From contig DATJSN010000040.1 of NCBI GenBank assembly GCA_035504095.1, positions 1-47,118 of the forward strand: a stretch of 47,118 nt of DNA. The letters are read 5' to 3'. This document shows positions 28,589-37,825 of this stretch, one piece after another. Position numbers and translations under genes: made by a program. Numbering within the stretch: position 1 is the stretch's first letter; the number at the start of each line of letters is the position of its first letter. The DNA comes from Phycisphaerae bacterium (GTDB lineage Bacteria; Planctomycetota; Phycisphaerae; WQYP01). A model generated the notes under the pieces. The model was given only the letters and a program-made list of their open reading frames with translations. It did not search any database and was not told the DNA's origin.

Positions 28589-29923
28589 TCAGGCGCCAAT
28601 CACATCCATGCCCTTCATGTAGGTTCGTAGAGCTTCTGGTACTTTCACCGAGCCATCGGCATTCTGATAAAGTTCTAGAATGGGAATCAGAATGCGCGGG
28701 CTGGCAATAACCGTGTTGTTGAGTGTGTGGCAGAAAAGCGTTTTTCCATCGGCGGTTTTATAACGTAAATTGCAGCGCCGTGCCTGAAAATCATAAAGCC
28801 GGCTGGCACTATGCGTTTCGCCATAGGCGTTGCGCGAAGGCATCCAGGTTTCGATGTCGATCATCGAAGCGTTTTTCGGCCCCAGGTCGCCGGTGCAGCA
28901 TTGCATGATGCGGTAAGGAAGATTTAACCGCTGCAACACTAACTCTGAATTGGCGAGCATTTCCTTATGCCAGCGAATGGATTCATCACGATCGTTTTGA
29001 CAAATAACCACCTGCTCAACTTTATCAAACTGGTGAATGCGATATAGCCCGGAGGTGTCCTTCCCGTAGGTTCCCGCTTCACGACGGAAGCAAGTGCTCA
29101 CGGTAACGAGTTTGAGCGGAAGTTCAGCATGATCCAGAATTTCATCCATCCGCCAGGCGGTTAAACCGACTTCGCCCGTTCCCGTCAGAAAGCGTTCGTC
29201 TTCGCCGGTTTCATTGATTTCCCCAACGCGATAGGCCTGTTCGCGCCCGGCGGGAAAAAATCCCGTGCCGCGCATGGCTGCTTCGCGCACCAGCACGGGA
29301 ACGGTTAAGGGTTTAAAGCCCTTTTCAAAAACCATCAGGTCCAAAGCGAGGCGCAACACCGCCTGATGCAATAAGGCACCGGCGCCGGTGAGAAAATAGC
29401 TTCGCGAACCGGCGAGTTTCACGCCGCGCTGAACGTCAAAGAGACTCAGCCGCTCGCCCAGTTCCACGTGCGAAAGCGGTTTAAAATCAAACTTGCGAAC
29501 GGTCCCCCAGCGGCGCAGTTCGACGTTGTCCTCCGCCGATTTGCCAACGGGAACGTCGCTGTCCGGAGGCAATGGAATGGTCAGCATGAGTTCATCGATT
29601 TTGGGTTCGAGTTTTTTAAGTTCCTCTTCAATGACAGCGCTTTGTTGTTTTAACTCGGCGGGTTTTTGACGCAGCGCCTGAGCCTGAGCCTCAAGCTCAG
29701 ATTTTATTTGCGGATCTTTTTCCGCCTTGATCCGCCCCATCAGCGGACCAAGATCGCGCGACAGGCGGTTTTGTTCAGTTGTCAGATCCTGAAGTTTTTG
29801 CTGTAAAGTGCGGCGCTGCGCATCAAGCTGGAGCAAGGGATCAAGATCGATGGAAATGTTTTTGGCTTTAGCGCCCTGCCGTACGGCCTCCGGATTTTCG
29901 CGAATGAATTTAATGTCCAGCAT
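28589..29923 (-). CDS. serS: Seryl-tRNA synthetase.
   Basis: MLDIKFIRENPEAV… N-terminus, a coiled-coil arm, then class-II core motifs (…GTGFFPAGRE…, …FRREAG…). The ATG at 29923, preceded by AGGA, is preferred over the GTG at 29944 that the track used. Confidence 0.85.
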   Translation of the reverse strand: MLDIKFIRENPEAVRQGAKAKNISIDLDPLLQLDAQRRTLQQKLQDLTTEQNRLSRDLGPLMGRIKAEKDPQIKSELEAQAQALRQKPAELKQQSAVIEEELKKLEPKIDELMLTIPLPPDSDVPVGKSAEDNVELRRWGTVRKFDFKPLSHVELGERLSLFDVQRGVKLAGSRSYFLTGAGALLHQAVLRLALDLMVFEKGFKPLTVPVLVREAAMRGTGFFPAGREQAYRVGEINETGEDERFLTGTGEVGLTAWRMDEILDHAELPLKLVTVSTCFRREAGTYGKDTSGLYRIHQFDKVEQVVICQNDRDESIRWHKEMLANSELVLQRLNLPYRIMQCCTGDLGPKNASMIDIETWMPSRNAYGETHSASRLYDFQARRCNLRYKTADGKTLFCHTLNNTVIASPRILIPILELYQNADGSVKVPEALRTYMKGMDVIGA

Positions 29924-30014
29924 AAATCCTAAAACCCATTCCACTTAGTCCGAATTTTTCACAACGGAACCACAATTAACGCGGAGATAATGAAGAAACA
30001 CTAAGAACCCCTGA

Positions 30015-30812
30015 TTAATGCGCTGGAATAATCAGTTGTTCGCCGGCCTGGATATTATTCGGATCGTCTCCGATTTTCGCGCGATTGGCGTGGTAAATCA
30101 GCGTCCAAAGGGACGCATGGTGATAAAACTTAATCGCGATTTTTACCAGGCTGTCGCCGGACTGGACCACGTAAGTCTGGCTGGCGGTCATCGTCGTGGC
30201 CGGCTGTTCACCTGTGCCGCCGGGAAGTTCGCCGGCGGTGCCGACTGGCGTTACGCCCGCGATCTCGGGTAAATGAATTTTTTTGCCGACACTCATGCGC
30301 CGGGGATCCAGCCCCGGATTAGCCCGTTCAATGTCTTTGACATATTTGGTCGAGCCATAAACACGTTCAGAAATACCTGATAGTGTATCACCTTTGACTA
30401 TGGTGTAATCCTGGCCGGCAAGAGTCGAATTTTCTCCCGCGCCACCGACCGGCGGCATTTGAGGCTGGCTGTTTAAACCTTCGTTACCGGCGCCAGGACC
30501 GGGTATTTCACCCGGGCCATTTCCGCCGCCAAGAACGATCGTCTGAGTGGCGGCGCCAGGTTCGGATGTTCCGATTGCTTCAGGTTGTGTGCTCGAACCG
30601 GGACCCATCTCAGGCTGGCTGGCGGGAGGAATCTCTATTGAACCCGCGCCATTTTCACTGCCGGGCGGCGCCTGGGTGAGCGCCGGTTGCTGGGTGGGAA
30701 GAACATTGTTCTCTTCAGGCGAAGGTGAATGGCGGATGAAGGCGAAATAAACAACAACGACCAGAAACAGAACCACGACGGCTACCACGCCGACCTTCAC
30801 ATCGGTGCGCAT
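30015..30812 (-). CDS. Membrane-anchored protein with two LysM domains.
   Basis: TM helix VGVVAVVVLFLVVVVYFAF, a P/G/S-rich linker, and LysM-like blocks YTIVKGDTLSGISERVYG and YVVQSGDSLVKIAIKFY. Confidence 0.65.
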   Translation of the reverse strand: MRTDVKVGVVAVVVLFLVVVVYFAFIRHSPSPEENNVLPTQQPALTQAPPGSENGAGSIEIPPASQPEMGPGSSTQPEAIGTSEPGAATQTIVLGGGNGPGEIPGPGAGNEGLNSQPQMPPVGGAGENSTLAGQDYTIVKGDTLSGISERVYGSTKYVKDIERANPGLDPRRMSVGKKIHLPEIAGVTPVGTAGELPGGTGEQPATTMTASQTYVVQSGDSLVKIAIKFYHHASLWTLIYHANRAKIGDDPNNIQAGEQLIIPAH

Positions 30813-31018
30813 GATGCACTCCAGAAGATGGTTGCACTCGGCTTAATAGAAATCAGCAAACCCGTCACGCCAAGCCAGTGGCAACCCTGAATACTGACAG
30901 GTTCAGAACAGCAGCCGTTTTTGCATATAAAAAAGCGGCCTTGATACATTAATACAGAACGAGGAATTGGACAAGCCGCCAAAGACAAAAGGCGATTTTT
31001 AACCGCTAAATCCGCGAA

Positions 31019-34000
31019 TTATGCCCCTACCGGTTTATCCAGCGGGGCCTGGTAAGGCGTAATTTCCACCTTGGGCCTGGGCGGGTTCGGATCGCGGACG
31101 TGCAGGAGCATCGGCGAAGCGATCGCCAAAGTCGAATACGCACCGGTGAGTACGCCGATCAACATGGCATAGGCGAAGCCATGCACGCCTTCGCCGCCGA
31201 ACACATAGAGAATTAATACTACTGAAAAAACCGTGAAGGTCGTCCAGACGGTTCGGCCGAAGCATTGATTGATCGAGTCATTGACGATTTTGCGCGACAA
31301 GGGCTGGCGCGTTCGGCCGCGGTTTTCGCGTACGCGGTCGAAGATGACAATGGTGTCGTTGACGGAATAGCCGATGACCGTCAGGTACGCGGCGATCATC
31401 GTCATGTTGATCTTGAAATTATCCACCAGCAAAAACCGCCCGATGGGCGTATCCGCCAGATAAACCGCCAGAACAGTGGCGGCGACGGCGACAATCGCGA
31501 CGTGCACGAGGGAGAAAATCACACCCAATCCGTAACGGATGCCGCCGAAACGAATCCAGACGTAAAAGACGATCAGAAAAAGCGAAATCAAAACGGAAAA
31601 CACGGCGTTCAGGCGCGCTTCGGCGGCGACCTGCGGGGCAAAACTGGTGACGCCCGCCAGACCGCCGGAGGCGGTCAGTGCGGTGCGAATAATATTCCAC
31701 TCGGGTCCGGCGACCTTATCGCTCCAGGCGGAAATGGTCGATGCGTTCTGGGCGTTATAAAGTAAATCCGGATCAACAGCGACGATGACGGCTTCGGTGA
31801 CCGGCGGCGAGGAAGAAACGGAAACCTGGCCGGAGTAGGTTACAGGGATAACCTTGAAGGGTCGATACTGCAAATCCACGAAGTCCGGCTCCTGGCTCAT
31901 CTTGAGGACGCGCGCGGTGATGTCTTCAACCGTGTCGGCGGGCGAAATGTGATTCAGGATAATCGCCACGCCGCCTTGATAATCGCTAATGTCCACGTTG
32001 GGCATGCCGGGAATCACCTGCTGAAGGCTCGCCTGAGTAATCGGATAAATAACGCCGTTGTCGATTAAATCCTGAACATGATCGGCGGTGGTATCGACAT
32101 GATCGAAATTGAGTGGGCTGACCACTTCGATGACGTCGGCGAATTTATTTTCCAATGCGGAGGTAAGCTGGGTAACAGGCGCGATCTGGCCTTTGGCCTC
32201 CATGGCGTTAAGCTCGTCCTGCGGAGGATTGACGATGCTGCTGATGATCTGGAATTCATTATTTTGATCGCCGATGCTGTAGATCGTCGCGTGTGTGAGT
32301 TGAGCCAAAGCGGGGTCGGTCTGGCCGATCTCGGTGACGCGCTGGCGGACCTGATCGACGGGCATGTGGGCGCCGGCCTTGAGTTCCAGGGTAATCTGCG
32401 TGCCGCCATTGAACTCGGTATCGTATTTATCATTGCCGCGGGCGATAAAGGCAATGATGCCGGCGACCATGATGATTGCGGAAACGGTCCAGAAGTAATA
32501 GCGTTTGGAAATCCAGTCAAAGTTGCTGATGGTAATCACCCGCATGAAGGGCCATCTGCCCTTCAGCCAGGTAAAGGTAAATAAATCCTTGAAGTAATTT
32601 AGCAGCGAAAGATCTTCAATCTCCTTCATGATGCCCCAGCGGATGCAGGCGATCATGAGTGTGCGCGTCACAAACAACGCCGTGAACATGTGCACAGCCA
32701 GACCGATCAGCAGCGTGATGCCGAAGCCTTTGACGTCCTCGGAACCGACGAAAATAAGCACGATGCTGGTCAGCGAGGCCGTGGTGTTGGAATCAAAAAT
32801 AGTCCAGAAGACGCGATCATAACCCTGTTTGACCGCCAGCCAGAGCGAAGCGCCTTTGTGGAGTTCCTCGCGGATGCGTTCGTTAATCAGGATGTTGGCG
32901 TCGACAGCCATGCCCAGCGTGAGCACGACGCCGGCGATGGCCGGCAGCGTGAACGTGGCGCCAATCATGGACATCACGCCTAACAGAAGCAGCAGGTTGA
33001 GCATCAGGGCCATGTCGGCAAAGGCGCCGGTGATGGTGTAGTAAATGAACATGAACAGCAGGACGACGATTACGGCGATCACAGCGCTGTGCAAGCCGGC
33101 GCGTAAATTGTCCGCGCCCAATGTAGAACCGATGGTCAAAACGGAAATCGGCTGCGACTGCAGCGTAGCCGGCAACGAACCCGCGTTGAGAATCTGGGCG
33201 AGATTCTGTCCTTCCGAGACTATGGATTGCGCCGATCGCGTATCCGTCGGATCACCAAGGGTTATTTCTCCATTAGAGCCGATGGCGCCCTGGATGGTCG
33301 GCGCTTCGATCGCTTTATTATCCAACAGAATGGTCATGAATTGACCAATGTTGGCGCTGGTAAGCTGCCGCATGTATATCGCACCGACCGGATCAAGATT
33401 GAATTCGACGAGCGGTTTTCCCGTCTGTTGATCGCGGGTAAAAAGGGCGTTTTCAATTTTCCAGTCTTCACGGCCGGGTTCGTGGGTAAGCGCTTTATCC
33501 GGCGTTGTATAAAGCAGGACGTAATTTTTCCCCTCCCAGTTGCCTATGAAATAAGCGCCTTGCCCGGCTTGAAAATCGAACTTGTCATCAAGCATCGGCT
33601 GGCCATTCTGCTCGTCAACTTCGAACCACGCCGTACCCGGGGGAGTAAAACCATTTTCCGGTCCTTTGGCTGTAAGCTGAGCGACGGCCTGCGCGGCTAG
33701 TCGCACATTGTTGGGATCGGTCGGCGGAAAGCTGATGCGAAAGTCCAGCACGCCCGCACCCTGCAGGAGCCGTTCGAGTTCCTGCGGATTATCCAGACCG
33801 CCGGCATTAAGCGTCATATTCACGTAGGCAACCTGGAGTTGTTTGATCAGATCGGCCTGGTCGGGATGTGCGGCAATGATTTGATTCAAAGCGGCCTGGG
33901 CGTCGGGATTGGAAGTTTCCTGAATCGTGGATAGCAAACCTGCGATTTGTGAAATGTCGATATTAAATGCGAGAACTCTGTCTAAGGCATTTTGGTAATC

Positions 34001-34573
34001 GTTTTTGGCTTTATTGATCAGGACCAGATCGCTGGATGGAATGTTAAGCGGATTATTGGCGTACTGATCTACGATTTTATTGGCGGCGGCAAGTTCATCA
34101 TAAGCCGTCGCCAACTGCTGCAGGGCCGCGAGACGTTTCGAATCTCCCTGGGCCAAAGTTGCCATGCCTGCCTGGCGCTGCGCGCCCTGCTGGGTCATGA
34201 CGGCATTGATCTGGGAAGGCATGACGTTTCGAGCGACGAGTTTTTGCACCAGAGACTGATATTGCTTTTGTGCCGCCTGCGATTCAGCGCTGGCCAGCGG
34301 CATCTGAATTTCAATGCGGTTGCCGGAGAGAACCTTCCAGATCATATTATGGACGCTGTTGGGATCCACGCGGCGGCGCAATACATCAATGACCTGCTGG
34401 GCCAGCGCATTGGGATCACCTTGATAACCTTTGGGAATTTCAAGCTGATAGATCAGATCGGTGCCGCCGAGCAAGTCGATGCCGCCCTTGATGCCGTTGA
34501 GGTAAATGCATAAGAGCGCCAGACCGATGGCGGAGAAAATAACAATAAAACGCGAGACTAAATTGGATTTCAT
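31019..34573 (-). CDS. secDF: Fused protein translocase subunit SecDF (1184 aa).
   Basis: N-terminal TM helix, an IDLLGGTDLIYQL block that is LGLDLxGG-like, a large periplasmic domain, and two six-TM RND-like bundles. Its stop overlaps the yajC start and tgt is downstream, giving the yajC-secD-secF context with tgt. Confidence 0.8.
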   Translation of the reverse strand: MKSNLVSRFIVIFSAIGLALLCIYLNGIKGGIDLLGGTDLIYQLEIPKGYQGDPNALAQQVIDVLRRRVDPNSVHNMIWKVLSGNRIEIQMPLASAESQAAQKQYQSLVQKLVARNVMPSQINAVMTQQGAQRQAGMATLAQGDSKRLAALQQLATAYDELAAANKIVDQYANNPLNIPSSDLVLINKAKNDYQNALDRVLAFNIDISQIAGLLSTIQETSNPDAQAALNQIIAAHPDQADLIKQLQVAYVNMTLNAGGLDNPQELERLLQGAGVLDFRISFPPTDPNNVRLAAQAVAQLTAKGPENGFTPPGTAWFEVDEQNGQPMLDDKFDFQAGQGAYFIGNWEGKNYVLLYTTPDKALTHEPGREDWKIENALFTRDQQTGKPLVEFNLDPVGAIYMRQLTSANIGQFMTILLDNKAIEAPTIQGAIGSNGEITLGDPTDTRSAQSIVSEGQNLAQILNAGSLPATLQSQPISVLTIGSTLGADNLRAGLHSAVIAVIVVLLFMFIYYTITGAFADMALMLNLLLLLGVMSMIGATFTLPAIAGVVLTLGMAVDANILINERIREELHKGASLWLAVKQGYDRVFWTIFDSNTTASLTSIVLIFVGSEDVKGFGITLLIGLAVHMFTALFVTRTLMIACIRWGIMKEIEDLSLLNYFKDLFTFTWLKGRWPFMRVITISNFDWISKRYYFWTVSAIIMVAGIIAFIARGNDKYDTEFNGGTQITLELKAGAHMPVDQVRQRVTEIGQTDPALAQLTHATIYSIGDQNNEFQIISSIVNPPQDELNAMEAKGQIAPVTQLTSALENKFADVIEVVSPLNFDHVDTTADHVQDLIDNGVIYPITQASLQQVIPGMPNVDISDYQGGVAIILNHISPADTVEDITARVLKMSQEPDFVDLQYRPFKVIPVTYSGQVSVSSSPPVTEAVIVAVDPDLLYNAQNASTISAWSDKVAGPEWNIIRTALTASGGLAGVTSFAPQVAAEARLNAVFSVLISLFLIVFYVWIRFGGIRYGLGVIFSLVHVAIVAVAATVLAVYLADTPIGRFLLVDNFKINMTMIAAYLTVIGYSVNDTIVIFDRVRENRGRTRQPLSRKIVNDSINQCFGRTVWTTFTVFSVVLILYVFGGEGVHGFAYAMLIGVLTGAYSTLAIASPMLLHVRDPNPPRPKVEITPYQAPLDKPVGA

Positions 34574-35091
34574 TTCTTATCCGCTTCATCAGACGGATTG
34601 ATGATGCTGACGATTGACGAACGTGTATAGCGCTCCTTGACGTTGGCCGATTCATCAACCTTGAGAACGACTTCATCATCGCGCACGTCCACAACCGAGG
34701 CGATCAAACCGCCCATGGTTACGACCCGGTCGCCGCGCTTCATCGCGGCCAGCATGGCCTTGCGTTTCTTTTCTTCCCGGCCTTTTCCGGAAAACATAAA
34801 GACATAGATCACAACCATGGCCAAAAGAAGCGGGATGATGATGCTGTTAAATGGACTTGGCGTTTGGCCATTGCCCGCGGCATTGCCGCTGGCCGGAGCT
34901 GTGGACGCGGGACCCTGCGGCGGCACAGCGGGAACAGCGTTTCCGGCGGCCGGCGCCACGGAAGCAGCCGGGTTCGCTTGCGCCGGCTTGACCGCAGGCA
35001 CGGCTTGTTGGGTGTCCTGGGCATGAATCGGCCCGACCGACGCCGGGAAGAAAAACAATACCAGCATGAGGCTGATCGCAATATAACGCAT
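34570..35091 (-). CDS. yajC: Preprotein translocase subunit YajC with an extended A/P-rich N-terminal region.
   Basis: The C-terminal half, …IIIPLLLAMVVIYVFMFSGKGREEKKRKAMLAAMKRGDRVVTMGGLIASVVDV…, is classic YajC. A 4-bp overlap with secDF. Confidence 0.7.
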   Translation of the reverse strand: MRYIAISLMLVLFFFPASVGPIHAQDTQQAVPAVKPAQANPAASVAPAAGNAVPAVPPQGPASTAPASGNAAGNGQTPSPFNSIIIPLLLAMVVIYVFMFSGKGREEKKRKAMLAAMKRGDRVVTMGGLIASVVDVRDDEVVLKVDESANVKERYTRSSIVSIINPSDEADKK

Positions 35092-35163
35092 AAAAAACTC
35101 CGGTTTTCCACCAAGCTACTGGGATTTACATACTCAGGGTTCCAGAAGCGCCTGTTGTCCTGT

Positions 35164-36309
35164 CTATAGGATTGGATTGCTCGCTTCATCACCTGCATCC
35201 GCACTCAGGCAGGTGCACTTGAGTACAGATAGGTTATTTTCCCGCATCGCCTGCCGAATGTCCAGCATCCAGCGCTGGAAGAACCGCAGGTTATGCAGGG
35301 ATACAAGCGTAGGTCCCAGCATTTCGCCAACGGTAAATAAATGCCGCAGATAGCCGCGGGAAAATTGCCGGCAGCAAAGGCAATCGCAGTCCGCTTCGAT
35401 GGGATTTTTGTCATTGGTGAATTGGGCGTTCCGCAGCCGCATCGGGCCGGCGGAGGTAAACGCCAGGCCATTGCGGCCATTGCGTGTGGGTAGAACACAG
35501 TCGAACATATCTACGCCGCGTTTAACCGCTTCCAGAATATCCGCCGGATAACCCACTCCCATCAGGTAGCGTGGTTTGTCGGCGGGCAAAAGCGGCGTCG
35601 TAAATTCAATGGCCTGCACCATTCTCCGATGGCCTTCGCCAACCGCCAAACCACCAAGTGCATAGCCATCAAAATCGAGTTTGATTAATTCCTCAGCACA
35701 GCGCCGGCGCTCTTCCTGGTCCGTTCCGCCTTGTACAATTCCAAAAAGGGCCTGCCGCTTATGATCGTCGAGTTTATCGTGCACCCGCCGGCAGATTGCG
35801 GCCCAGCGAATCGTACGGTCCAGCGCCGCGGCAAGCCGTTCAGGCGGACAATCTGCAGGCGGGCAATCATCAAACGCCATGGCGATGTCGGCGCCAAGTT
35901 CAAATTGTGTTTGCATGGATTCAACGGGACCAAGGTGCACCATTTCGCCATCGATGTGTGAGCGGAAATTCACGCCGTTTTCACCAAAGTCCCTCAGATC
36001 GGAAAGCGAAAAGACCTGAAAGCCGCCGGAGTCGGTAAGCATGGGGCCATTCCAGCCGGTGAAGCGCTGTAGGCCGCCTAATTCCTGCACGACTTTTGAG
36101 CCGGGGCGAAGCATGAGGTGATAAGTATTGGCAAGAATAATCTGGCATCCGGCTTCACGCATCATATCGGGCGTGAGACCCTTGACGCTGCCGCGCGTTC
36201 CCACGGCCATGAACGCAGGTGTATCAAAACTACCGTGAGACGTATGCACGCGGCCCAGCCGTGCGCTAGAAGACGAATCCTGATGAAGTATTTCGAATTT
36301 GAGAGTCAT
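35164..36309 (-). CDS. tgt: Queuine tRNA-ribosyltransferase.
   Basis: MTLKFEILHQD…ARLGRVHTSHGSFDTPAFMAVGTRGSVKGLTPD…ILANTYHLMLRPG, and a zinc site CDCLCC…H. The ATG at 36309 is preferred; the track's GTG at 36351 would overlap vapC. Confidence 0.85.
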   Translation of the reverse strand: MTLKFEILHQDSSSSARLGRVHTSHGSFDTPAFMAVGTRGSVKGLTPDMMREAGCQIILANTYHLMLRPGSKVVQELGGLQRFTGWNGPMLTDSGGFQVFSLSDLRDFGENGVNFRSHIDGEMVHLGPVESMQTQFELGADIAMAFDDCPPADCPPERLAAALDRTIRWAAICRRVHDKLDDHKRQALFGIVQGGTDQEERRRCAEELIKLDFDGYALGGLAVGEGHRRMVQAIEFTTPLLPADKPRYLMGVGYPADILEAVKRGVDMFDCVLPTRNGRNGLAFTSAGPMRLRNAQFTNDKNPIEADCDCLCCRQFSRGYLRHLFTVGEMLGPTLVSLHNLRFFQRWMLDIRQAMRENNLSVLKCTCLSADAGDEASNPIL

Positions 36310-36334
36310 GCGACGGCATTTTAACTTAGAGTCT

Positions 36335-36757
36335 CTAAGATTGTTGTGCACGGGAGACGAAGGCCTCGGGAGTCAAAACGGGAATACCGGACTTGCTGAA
36401 GTGGCGCACGTCGCGTGTCACGATGATCCCGACCCCGGCCCGTAAGGCGCTGTGATATTGAACGGCGTCTTCGAAATCGCGCAAGGTTGAAACAATGGCA
36501 TCATCAATTACCGGGCCATCGAGCGGGATAACATGGAAAATATCCCGAAGCAGACGAATGCCGCGCATTGCCGCCGCATGATCCGCGGCGCGGTGCAGCA
36601 GATAATAAACTGTCACGATGCTGACGGCGGAAATTAATCCTTCGATTACACGGGTTTCGGCAAGCGTCCACACCGCGGCTGAAGCCGCGTAATATGGCTC
36701 ACGGCGGGCCAATACATCAAGAAGCACATTAATGTCCACCAAGACCCGCTGCTTCAC
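36335..36757 (-). CDS. vapC: PIN-domain toxin VapC.
   Basis: 140 aa, MKQRVLVDINVLLDVL… with PIN acidic residues D8 and …TRD…. Overlaps the upstream antitoxin gene by 4 bp. Confidence 0.7.
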   Translation of the reverse strand: MKQRVLVDINVLLDVLARREPYYAASAAVWTLAETRVIEGLISAVSIVTVYYLLHRAADHAAAMRGIRLLRDIFHVIPLDGPVIDDAIVSTLRDFEDAVQYHSALRAGVGIIVTRDVRHFSKSGIPVLTPEAFVSRAQQS

Positions 36758-36996
36758 CGGCCATGCCTCGCGGTTATGGCTTCCTGGATCAACTGACGAT
36801 CTGATTTGCCGTGCGGCAGGCGAATCAGACCACTGGCGCGCCGCGTCAAAGGCGTCAGCGACACCCGGCGGCCGCCGGATTCCATGGAGCGGACATATTG
36901 ACTGAACATATTGGAAACGCTTGTGCCGCGTTTTCGGGCCAGTTTTTTGGCCAGATCGATGATTTCGGAATCTGCGCTAAGGGTCAGCTTGGGCAT
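36754..36996 (-). CDS. vapB: Small antitoxin (VapB-like, probably ribbon-helix-helix).
   Basis: About 80 aa, MPKLTLSADSEIIDLAKKLARKRGTSVSNMFSQYV…. The ATG at 36996 has GGAG 5 nt upstream. The track's 117-aa version (start 37107) is an N-terminal over-extension. Confidence 0.5.
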   Translation of the reverse strand: MPKLTLSADSEIIDLAKKLARKRGTSVSNMFSQYVRSMESGGRRVSLTPLTRRASGLIRLPHGKSDRQLIQEAITARHGR

Positions 36997-37591
36997 GGGG
37001 CGCACTCCTAATACGTATAAAATAATTTTAACTATACGTAAGACCCAAATCAAGCGAGAGCAACAATGAGCCATCTTTCCCCTCAACTCTCCATTCTGCC
37101 AAATCAATTCCGTGGTTACATTTTTTTCTCAATTTTTGGCCTTCTAAGCGCAACAACGTAACAAAGGCTTATTTTATAGAGTATTTCACACTTTCTGATC
37201 CGTAACATGATTAGTGCTTGTTGCGCCTTTAAGAGTGGAGGAAACATCTATATTTTCAGGGGTTGTTGCGCTGTAGCGGTTAGATTTTTCCTGCTATAGT
37301 CCAGAAAGCACAGCAGAACGATCCACAGAGAACAACGAAGGGTACAGGCCACAGGCCATAGGCCATGGTTTTTAACCACCCTTCGACGTAGCTCAGGCCA
37401 GGCAAAACGACACCACGACACAGCGGAGAGGATAGGGAATAGTGCCGCGAGGCCACCCGTTGATATTTACTTGTCAAAGAACCGGCTTTAAGAGCCTTTA
37501 TACTGAATAGGGAAACCAACCCCCACGGCGCGGCACGGCGCATTCCGCGCCGAGAACAGGTGAAAGTGGATCAGGCGAACAGTGGAGCAAA

Positions 37592-37620
37592 TATGGATGT
37601 TCGCAAAATTGCGAACGCGC
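37592..37620. repeat. Copy 1 of a conserved 29-nt intergenic motif containing the perfect 18-bp palindrome GTTCGCAAAATTGCGAAC (37599-37616).
   Basis: tatggatgttcgcaaaattgcgaacgcgc. The inverted halves gttcgcaa / ttgcgaac are exact. It is repeated at 44078-44106 with one mismatch. Confidence 0.6.
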
Positions 37621-37686
37621 GTGACGGCGCGACGAAGCCACGCCGAGAGAGTAGAACAGTGGATCAGGAGAGCAACAAAGGGAATA

Positions 37687-37720
37687 GGGTACAGGGCACA
37701 GTTCAAATCCTGTTGCCTCG
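37687..37720. repeat. Copy 1 of the intergenic motif …GGGTACAGrGmACAGTTCAAATCCTGTTGCCTCG, part of a larger 37551-37725 block related to 40888-40972.
   Basis: The 20-mer gttcaaatcctgttgcctcg is identical at 37701-37720 and 40949-40968. Upstream blocks gtgaaagt(g/t)ga(t/g)cagg, gaacaacgaag and ggaatag also recur. Confidence 0.55.
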
Positions 37721-37825
37721 GGATTGTAGTAAAGCCAGCCTTCCCCCCAATGGTTAAAAACAGCTTATGATTTAAAATTTCTTGTCGGATTCAAATTTGG
37801 GCCGGTGTCTATTTAATAGAAACAA

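Noticed and set aside
31265-34513. Plus-strand ORFs of 150-173 aa inside secDF (31265..31765, 32078..32584, 33227..33700, 33992..34513).
   Set aside because: Antisense to a SecDF ORF with conserved blocks and RND-like TM bundles.
36754-37107. 117-aa version of the antitoxin ORF.
   Set aside because: The N-terminal 37 residues (MIWQNGELRGKMAHCCSRL…) look non-genic. The Shine-Dalgarno-supported ATG at 36996 gives a typical roughly 80-aa antitoxin.
37687-37720. tRNA-like T-arm sequence (ACAGTTCAAATCCTGTTGCCTCG), and a D-loop-like GTAGCTCAGG at about 37388.
   Set aside because: Only a 4-bp stem with an 8-nt loop can be drawn. There is no acceptor or anticodon arm in register. No cloverleaf anywhere in the window fits a tRNA. 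I treat these as repeat modules, possibly tRNA-derived, not as tRNA genes.
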